Shown piece after piece: positions 57,234 to 64,000 of a stretch of 64,000 bases of DNA (positions are counted from its first letter, which is position 1; every line of letters begins with the position of its first letter). The position numbers and the translations under genes were made by a program. The stretch is from assembly GCA_963668695.2 (NCBI GenBank), contig CAXXLQ010000004.1:832001-896000 (forward strand), given 5' to 3'. A model generated the notes under the pieces. The model saw only the letters and a list, made by a program, of their open reading frames with translations, did not search any database and was not told where the DNA came from. This DNA is from Vicinamibacteria bacterium (GTDB taxonomy: Bacteria; Acidobacteriota; Vicinamibacteria; Marinacidobacterales; Marinacidobacteraceae).

Positions 57234-59201
57234 ATGCATGCCCTCGATCGACGCATTTCCGTTCTCGTCTCTATCGTTTTTTTCTCCGGCGCGCTGCTCG
57301 CGGCGGGCGACGGGGATAGCAGGATCACGCTTCAGGACCTCGTGTCCGTGGAACGCCTCGGCGAGGCCGCGCTCTCCCCCGACGGACGGGAGATCGCGCT
57401 GACCCGGGACGGCCAGATCGTGCTGATGCCGGCCGGCGGGGGCTGGCCGGTTCCCCTGACGACGACGACCGGAGGGAAATCGGGGCTGAGCTGGTCACCG
57501 GATGGACGCCATATCGCCTACGCGAGCCGCGGCCACATCTGGGTGGTCCCCGCGTCGGGAGGCGAGCCCCGGCAGCTCACCCACGCGCCCCCCGGTCCCG
57601 GAGATCCACGGCGAGCAGCCGACGGCTCGCCGCGCTGGTCGCCCGCCGGCAAGTGGATCCTGTTCGAGACCGGGCGGAACGGAAACCAGGACCTCATGGT
57701 CGTGAGCGAAGATGGAATGACCACGAGCTTTCTCACCATGACCGAAGCCGACGAAGGGAGCGCCGCCTGGTCGCCCGACGGGAAGTGGGTCTCCTACACC
57801 GAGCGGGCGCCCGAGTACTTCAGCGGGAAGCTCGAGGTCGTCGGCTTCGACCAGGAGACCGGCGCCGCCCGGGGCGAGCCCGTCGAACTCCACCGCGCCC
57901 CGGCCGATCGCGGAGGCGGCTGGGCCATCCCCGAGGCCGCCTGGGCGCCGGACGGACAGACCCTGGTGGTGGTCCTGCAGCACAGCGGCTGGGACAAGCT
58001 CTACTCCATTCCGGTGGGCGGCGGCGAGCCGAAGCCCGTTACCGATGGCGACACCGAAGATGGGAGCCCCGTCTTCTCACCCGACGGGGAGTCACTCGCG
58101 TTCGTCTCCAACCGGCAGAACCTCGAGGAGCGGCACGTCTGGATTCTCCCGCTCGACGGCGGCGCGCCGCGCCGGCTGACGCGCGACAGTTCGGTCGTTG
58201 AGGGCGCCCCCGAGTGGTCGCCCGACGGAAGCCGGATCTACTTCTCGCGCAGCACGCCGCTCGAGCCGGAAAACCTCATGGTCGCCGATTCCGCGGCAGC
58301 GCAAGCGCCACGGCACGTGACGCGCATCCTTCCCAGGAATTTCAAGCACGCCGGATTTCCGATGCCGGAGGAAGTCCTCTACCCGGGGAAGGACGGCCTC
58401 GATATCGCCGCGATGCTGTACAAGCCTCGTGGATTCGAGGCGGGAAAGCGCACTCCGGCGGTCCTCTGGATTCACGGAGGGCCTGAAGGACAGGACGTCT
58501 TCAACTGGGACCCGTGGGCGCTCTTCCTGACCCAGGAGGGCTACGTCGTGCTGCAGCCGAACTACCGCGGAAGCCGGGGCTACGGCGAGGCGTTCCGCAA
58601 CCTCAATGTGGAGGACAGCGGTGGCGGCGAGCTGGACGACGTCGCCGCGGGTGCCCGGTATCTCGTCGAAGGCGGGCTGGCGGACCCGGCGCGGCTCGGC
58701 ATCGGCGGCGGCAGTCACGGCGGAACCATGGTCGCCTACGCGGTCACCAAGGTTCCGGAACTCTTCCAGGCGGCCGTCGAGCTCTTCGGCGTCACGGATC
58801 GGGCGACCTATATCGAGCGCACCAACCGAGGCTCCGCGATCCGGTGGATCATGAAGATGGGCGGCACGCCCGCCGAAAAGCCCGAGGTCTATCGCCAGGC
58901 GAACGTCCTGCTGGACGTCGCCCGCATCGAGACACCGCTACTCGTGATGCACGGGGAGGAAGATCCCCAGGTGCCTCCCTACGAGTCCACCCAGTTCGTC
59001 AAAGCCCTGTCGAAGCACGGCAAGACGCACGCCTATTTCACCTACCCTGGCGAGCCCCATGGTTTCCGGAAGCCGGAACACCGCATCGACGCCTGGACCA
59101 AACAGCTCGCCTTCCTCGCGAAATACCTACAGCCGGAGTACGGGAGAGCGATCACGTCCACCGAAGAGCTGGTTCTCAAACGGGGACCGCACTTTCGCTA
59201 A
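57234..59201 (+). CDS. Secreted S9 peptidase with PD40 repeats
   Basis: Repeated WSPDG; IHGGP, NYRGSRGYG, GGSHGG, HGEED, EPHGF. Confidence 0.93.
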   Translation: MHALDRRISVLVSIVFFSGALLAAGDGDSRITLQDLVSVERLGEAALSPDGREIALTRDGQIVLMPAGGGWPVPLTTTTGGKSGLSWSPDGRHIAYASRGHIWVVPASGGEPRQLTHAPPGPGDPRRAADGSPRWSPAGKWILFETGRNGNQDLMVVSEDGMTTSFLTMTEADEGSAAWSPDGKWVSYTERAPEYFSGKLEVVGFDQETGAARGEPVELHRAPADRGGGWAIPEAAWAPDGQTLVVVLQHSGWDKLYSIPVGGGEPKPVTDGDTEDGSPVFSPDGESLAFVSNRQNLEERHVWILPLDGGAPRRLTRDSSVVEGAPEWSPDGSRIYFSRSTPLEPENLMVADSAAAQAPRHVTRILPRNFKHAGFPMPEEVLYPGKDGLDIAAMLYKPRGFEAGKRTPAVLWIHGGPEGQDVFNWDPWALFLTQEGYVVLQPNYRGSRGYGEAFRNLNVEDSGGGELDDVAAGARYLVEGGLADPARLGIGGGSHGGTMVAYAVTKVPELFQAAVELFGVTDRATYIERTNRGSAIRWIMKMGGTPAEKPEVYRQANVLLDVARIETPLLVMHGEEDPQVPPYESTQFVKALSKHGKTHAYFTYPGEPHGFRKPEHRIDAWTKQLAFLAKYLQPEYGRAITSTEELVLKRGPHFR

Positions 59202-59216
59202 CAAGGAGCCTTTCAT

Positions 59217-60143
59217 ATGTCGAAGAACACGTTCGCCGTTGCCGTCATCGCCACGCTCTTGGCGACGAGCAACCTCGGCGCCCAGACGAATCCGCTCTGG
59301 GGAGAAACGAAGATCAAGAACTACCTGCCGCACATGAGCTGGACGGAAGTCGAGGATCTCCTTACCCGCACCGACATGGTGCTCATGCCGGTGGGCTCGC
59401 TCGAACAGCACGGGCCGCACCTTCCCATCGGCACCGACTTCCTGAACGGCCTCGAACGCGCCAAGCTCGTCGCTCAGCAAACCGACGTGCTGGTCGCGCC
59501 AATCCTCTTCGTCGGCAATGCCCCCTATCACCTGGGCTTTCCGGGAACCGTCAGCCTGCCGGCGGAAACGATTCAGCAGGTTTACTTCGAGGCCGCCCGG
59601 AGCCTGATGCGACACGGCTTCCGCCGGTTTCTGATCCTGAACTCGCACGGGGGCAATCGCGTCATCTCCCAGTACATCGCGGACCGCATCAATCACGAGA
59701 CGGAAGGGATTGCCGTCGAGTTGGGCGCTGCGGCGGCACCGTTTCGCCAGGAAACTCCCGAGGAGTCCTCCTCCGAAGACCCCGTATTCGATCGGCACGG
59801 AGGCGTAGGCGAGACGTCGAGTTCCCTCTATCTCATCCCCGATCTGGTGGACCTGGCGAGCGCCCGGACCGCCACGCTCACCATGCCGGAGCACCTGGAG
59901 CGAATGGTTCCCGAAGTGGTCGACGGAGATCCCACGGCGCTCTTGGTGTTTCTTGCCGAGAATCTGAAGGCCGAAGAGACCGGCAAGGGCACCTCCACCA
60001 GGGAGGTCACCGATACCGGCGTGTGGAGTGTTCGCGATCTGGAGGCGTCGGACCTGGGGCGGGGCCGCCGGGATGCGGAAGCCTTCGTCGAGGCCGCGGT
60101 CGGTTTCATCGAGCGCTGGAAGGAACTCCGCCCGATGCAGTGA
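59217..60143 (+). CDS. Creatininase-family protein (secreted)
   Basis: PVGSLEQHGPHLPIGTD, NSHGGN, HGGVGETS. Confidence 0.93.
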   Translation: MSKNTFAVAVIATLLATSNLGAQTNPLWGETKIKNYLPHMSWTEVEDLLTRTDMVLMPVGSLEQHGPHLPIGTDFLNGLERAKLVAQQTDVLVAPILFVGNAPYHLGFPGTVSLPAETIQQVYFEAARSLMRHGFRRFLILNSHGGNRVISQYIADRINHETEGIAVELGAAAAPFRQETPEESSSEDPVFDRHGGVGETSSSLYLIPDLVDLASARTATLTMPEHLERMVPEVVDGDPTALLVFLAENLKAEETGKGTSTREVTDTGVWSVRDLEASDLGRGRRDAEAFVEAAVGFIERWKELRPMQ

Positions 60144-60224
60144 TCCGGCTCGGCGAGACGTCAGTTCCGACCAACTGGCCAGTACCGCGGCCCGAAAAGC
60201 CGCGGTACATGCAGCGCTCGCAGC

Positions 60225-60719
60225 CTATTGCTGCGCTTCGAACTCTGCTGCTGCGGCCGCCGCGCGTGCTCCGAGTTCCTCCTCGGTGAGGTCCTCGACG
60301 TGGGTCGCGACGCCCCAGCGATGGCCGAAGGGATCCACGATGGAGCAGTGGCGGTCCCCCCAGAACTGATCTGTCGGAGCCTGGATCTCGCGGGCGCCCT
60401 CGGCCATGGCCTTCGCGTGCACCGCGTCCACGTCCGTGACGTAGAGGTGGATCGTGACGGTCGACCCGCCAAGAGTCTCGGGGGAGACGTAACCGGCGTC
60501 CGAGGGGGGTCCCGGGAATTCCTGGGCGAGGTAGATCTGGTCCGGTCCGAAACGTAGTTCCGCGTGCATCACCGCGCCGTTTTCCCCCTCCATCGAGGAG
60601 TCGATGGTGGCGCCGAAGACATTCTGGTACCAGGCGAGCGCCGCCTGTCCGTCGCTGACGACGAGGTACGGGGTGACCGCGCTGGCGCGGTTCGGGATGT
60701 AGTGCTTGGCCTTGGCCAT
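60225..60719 (-). CDS. VOC/glyoxalase (PhnB-like) protein
   Basis: VTPYLVV, VMHAEL, DQFWGDR, DPFGHRW. Confidence 0.92.
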   Translation of the reverse strand: MAKAKHYIPNRASAVTPYLVVSDGQAALAWYQNVFGATIDSSMEGENGAVMHAELRFGPDQIYLAQEFPGPPSDAGYVSPETLGGSTVTIHLYVTDVDAVHAKAMAEGAREIQAPTDQFWGDRHCSIVDPFGHRWGVATHVEDLTEEELGARAAAAAAEFEAQQ

Positions 60720-60851
60720 GAGGATCGCTTCTCCTTTGCTGAGAATCGTGAAGGGAACGCGGACGGCGCCGCGCCCTCCGAAACGTCCGAAGAACCGGAA
60801 AGGTTCAATCGAGGCGCGGATTCCGGCCGCTCGCGAGCGCGACGTGAAGTC

Positions 60852-60950
60852 TCACGGAAGACCGGCGCCCCGAAACCCGGGACGGTCCCGTCCGGCCACC
60901 AGGAGGCCCGCGAGTTGGCGGCGGCCGAGCCAGTAGGTCAGATCGCGAGA
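60852..60950 (-). repeat. Diverged copy of the hutI 3' end
   Basis: RDLTYWLGRRQLAGLLVAGRDRPGFR versus RDLSYWLGRRQLAGLLVAGRDRPGFR at 63519..63610. Confidence 0.92.
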
Positions 60951-61072
60951 CACGGGGCGCCGCGCGGTGACTGCGCAAGACCGCTCCGGTATGTGAGACC
61001 ATCGCCGCCGTGTGGCACTGCGTGGTTCGCCCAAGTGGGGGGAGATTGGGAATCTCTGGGGGAGGCCCACCG

Positions 61073-62302
61073 ATGACCGGGAGAGAAAGACGCAGGCGGC
61101 CGCGGCGCCTTGGGTCCTGGTGGCCGATACCGGCCGTGATCCTGCTGGGGCTTACTCTGATCGGGACGTTCGGGGCCGCGCGCCGAGCCCGGGGATACGC
61201 CTTCCTTAACGAACTTCAAGGATCGCGCGGGTTCCAACACGATCTTTCGCTCGATCCCGCAGTCTGGGAAGGGACCTGGAGTCCGGAGGCCTGGGGACCG
61301 GGCGAGACGCTGTCCTTCACGCTGGTGGATTCGCCGCTCTGGTACCCGGCGTACCGCGACATCCACGACGTGAAGAGCCTGTTCGAGGAGGCGATGGACG
61401 TCTGGAGGTCCGTCGCCACCGCGGATATCCGCTGGGAAATCGGGAGGATTGCGACGGAATCCACCTTCCCGCGGGTTTCCGAACTCAGCCCCGTTGACGA
61501 GGGGCCTAGCTCAGCGCGCCTTGAGCAGGAGCTTGATTTGTGGGCCAGCATCACCATCACCGGCTGCCGCCTCAATCTTCGCGCAATCCCTGAGCCCCAC
61601 TCGCCGGAGTCGCGCGACGGCGCATTGCTGGTGGTGGTTCATGAACTGGGCCACTGTCTCGGCCTCGGCCATGTGGACCCGTATCCGTTCCGCCGGCATC
61701 CCTCCCCCTGGTCCCCCGCGCCCTACCAGCCACCGCCCTATTGGGCGAATCAGCCCATCATGGGGCCGGCGACCCGCGGCTGGGGTGTCACCCTGGATGA
61801 CCGGATCGGGGCCTCGCTGGCGCGCCCGGCGCCGGGTTGGATCGAGAGCACGGGGACCATCTGGGGGAACGTGCTGCTCGAGGACGGCGAACCGGCTCGA
61901 GAGGTGTACGTGCTGGCCAGCCGGCTCGGGCCCGACGGGAGCGTTCAGGGGAGCGTGGGCCGGTTCACCGATTCGTCGGGCGCCTTCCTGATCGGCGGGC
62001 TCGCGCCCGGCGGGTATGTCCTGCGGGCGCAGCCGATTCGGGAAGGTCATGTCCACGCCTCCCGCCTGGCGCGGGGCGCCAACCCGGCGCTCCGGGACAC
62101 GATCCTGGGGGCGCCGCTCTCTGTGGCGGCCGGACGGCGGACCGGGCCGGTCACGCTCACCATGAGGCCGGGCGCCCCCTGGTTCCTGACCACCATCACC
62201 CCCGATGATTCCGTCGCGGATCGAACCCGCCGGGGGCGCCCTCCGTGCCGTGGTTCTGCTCTTATGCGGAGCCGGCGTCTTCGCCGGGCTCTTGGGGTGT
62301 GA
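61073..62302 (+). CDS. Matrixin-like (metzincin) metalloprotease with carboxypeptidase-regulatory-like domain
   Basis: HELGHCLGLGH, PIM Met-turn, GAFLIGGLAPGGYVLRA; N-terminal TM. Confidence 0.85.
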   Translation: MTGRERRRRPRRLGSWWPIPAVILLGLTLIGTFGAARRARGYAFLNELQGSRGFQHDLSLDPAVWEGTWSPEAWGPGETLSFTLVDSPLWYPAYRDIHDVKSLFEEAMDVWRSVATADIRWEIGRIATESTFPRVSELSPVDEGPSSARLEQELDLWASITITGCRLNLRAIPEPHSPESRDGALLVVVHELGHCLGLGHVDPYPFRRHPSPWSPAPYQPPPYWANQPIMGPATRGWGVTLDDRIGASLARPAPGWIESTGTIWGNVLLEDGEPAREVYVLASRLGPDGSVQGSVGRFTDSSGAFLIGGLAPGGYVLRAQPIREGHVHASRLARGANPALRDTILGAPLSVAAGRRTGPVTLTMRPGAPWFLTTITPDDSVADRTRRGRPPCRGSALMRSRRLRRALGV

Positions 62303-63131
62303 CACGCCTTCCGCCCCATCCCTGCCGCCGCCACCGCCGCCGCCGGCCCCCCGGATCCGGCTGGAGGGCGACTACCGGACGAGCGCGCGCTGCGGGCCGG
62401 CCACCGTCACGGTGGAGGGACCGAGAAGACTCGAGTTGCGATATGGCGGTTATCTCCAAGGGCTGTACTCCGTGGTGGACGTGTCCGTCGAGAGCCCGCT
62501 GTCGGAGGCCATGATCCTGGATTTCCGGGAGTGGTACGACGTGACGGACTGGCGGGTGCGCTCGGACGGCGACCGCGTTCGCCACGAATTCCGGGTGTAC
62601 TGGGATCCTGCGGATGGCAACCGACTCTCCAGAGCATCACCGCCGGGGGTGTGGCCGATGACGATCCTGGCCTGCCCGGAGGCCGACGGCGGCCCGGTCC
62701 TCGCGTGTTCCCACAGCTCGTGTGAGGTGTACGAGAGCGAGGACGCCGTCCCGCAAGTCGTTCCCTGGTACACGGGGGTGCTTTTTCGCAGTCCATGGGG
62801 CTACGGGGAGGTCCGCGAGCTGCAGGAAGGGCGCACCCTGGACATTCCCCTTTCCTATGTGGTGTATCGGGACACCGAAAGGGTCAACCTCATTTTGGCC
62901 GTCCGCGGGCGGGGGCGAGGGGCGGATCCCTCACAGGACCTTGAGGTGCCGCGGCAGTTCGAACTCGGCCCGTTCTCCGCGGGAGAGTCGGGCACCTTCG
63001 AGTTCCGCGTGAAGGCGATCGCGGACGGTGAGGAGGAACTGGAGGCTGGTGAGCTTTTTTCAATTTCCTTCGTCGGCGCGGGCGCGACGTTTTCGAACAC
63101 CATTGCGCTCAGGATTCTGGACCCGCCGTAG
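62205..63131 (+). CDS. Hypothetical lipoprotein with poly-Pro linker
   Basis: GLLGC lipobox, PPPPPPP; beta-rich domains. Confidence 0.65.
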   Translation: MIPSRIEPAGGALRAVVLLLCGAGVFAGLLGCDTPSAPSLPPPPPPPAPRIRLEGDYRTSARCGPATVTVEGPRRLELRYGGYLQGLYSVVDVSVESPLSEAMILDFREWYDVTDWRVRSDGDRVRHEFRVYWDPADGNRLSRASPPGVWPMTILACPEADGGPVLACSHSSCEVYESEDAVPQVVPWYTGVLFRSPWGYGEVRELQEGRTLDIPLSYVVYRDTERVNLILAVRGRGRGADPSQDLEVPRQFELGPFSAGESGTFEFRVKAIADGEEELEAGELFSISFVGAGATFSNTIALRILDPP

Positions 63132-63500
63132 AGGCCGCGCGCCGGCCCTCCGCGCAACGGGCGCGCTTGTTCAGGGATGGATGCCGGGAGGAACCTTCTC
63201 TGCAGGCAGCGTTTTCTCGGCCGCCAGTCGGCGGGCGGGTTGCACAATCCCAGACCGTGGATTGTCGATACCCCAGCGAGGCCTTCATCACCGGGAGCAA
63301 CGGCGAGAGGCGAGACGCCCCAGCCAGCTATTCCGGCTCCTTGGCGGCGCTCGTCGATGCCCGAGCCACCGAAGTCGCGATCTCGGCCCGGAGTTCGAGC
63401 ATGGACCGCACGATCTCCATCAGTCGCTCGTACTGGTCGGCGGAGAGGGTCACCGCGTACTGACGGGGTGACTCGGTTTCGCCCGCTTGGCTGGCAGCAC

Positions 63501-64000
63501 CTACCCCGAGTCGCACCCAAGACCGACGGCGCGAAACCCGGGACGGTCCCGTCCTGCCACCAGGAGACCCGCGAGTTGGCGGCGGCCGAGCCAGTAGGAC
63601 AGATCGCGCGGGTGGCCGATATCCCAGATCGCGATGTCCGCCCGTTTCCCCACCTCCAGCGTCCCCCGGTCGCCCTGAAGCCCCAGCGCCAGCGCGGCAT
63701 GCCGGGTCACCCCGGCCAGACACTCCGCGGGCGTCAATCCGAAAAGGCGGGAGGCGAGCGCCATCGCTTCCGGAAGCGAGCCGAGCGGCGAGGTCCCCGG
63801 GTTGCAATCGGTGGCAACCGCCATCGGTATTCCGCACCGGCGCAAGGCGCTGACGGGAGGCCGCCGGCTTTCGTCCAGCGTCAGGCACGCCCCGGGCAGC
63901 AGCACCGCCACCGTTCCGGCGCGGCCCAGGGCTTCGATTCCGGCGGCGGAGGTGTATTCGAGATGGTCGGCGGAGAGCGCCCGGAACCGGGCCGCGAGTT
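63501..64000 (-). CDS. hutI: Imidazolonepropionase (5' part outside the window)
   Basis: SADHLEY, LLPGA, VATDCNPGTSP, GKRADIAIW. Confidence 0.9.
   Translation of the reverse strand, partial: LAARFRALSADHLEYTSAAGIEALGRAGTVAVLLPGACLTLDESRRPPVSALRRCGIPMAVATDCNPGTSPLGSLPEAMALASRLFGLTPAECLAGVTRHAALALGLQGDRGTLEVGKRADIAIWDIGHPRDLSYWLGRRQLAGLLVAGRDRPGFRAVGLGCDSG

Noticed and set aside
63109-63470. Additional small gene(s) downstream of hutI
   Set aside because: The fragment YERLMEIVRSMLELRAE looks protein-like but has no convincing start or family motif.

Overview
High-GC bacterial DNA. The gene set (GWxTD-TPR protein, Oar-like TonB-dependent receptor, Gld-type ABC system, ankyrin/TPR protein, many toxin-antitoxin loci) suggests an Acidobacteriota-like, possibly host-associated genome; this is inference only. 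The backbone encodes secreted hydrolases and transporters: Nramp, MBL hydrolase, CPBP protease, two S9 peptidases, PhoD, cyclophilin, two DUF5916 proteins, a PotABCD-like ABC system, three amidohydrolases, a GMC oxidoreductase pair, a di-heme YVTN protein, creatininase, VOC and HutI. About ten small TA/defence cassettes interrupt it, most with a broken or missing toxin beside an intact antitoxin. I found no rRNA, tRNA, CRISPR array, intact transposase, integrase or reverse transcriptase. Most notable: (1) a nested set of non-autonomous repeats, in which a ~185-bp MITE (9 loci) and a palindromic REP family both host a 19-nt micro-element, CCAGTTCTCCCGGTGGGGG (29 copies counted by eye), seen as filled versus empty alleles at 6 distinct host positions; (2) three cassettes each lying between a gene and a diverged copy of that gene's 3' end; (3) a DUF3800 gene behind a promoter-hairpin-terminator leader; (4) a dead + active trypsin-like protease pair coupled to a ParE module.
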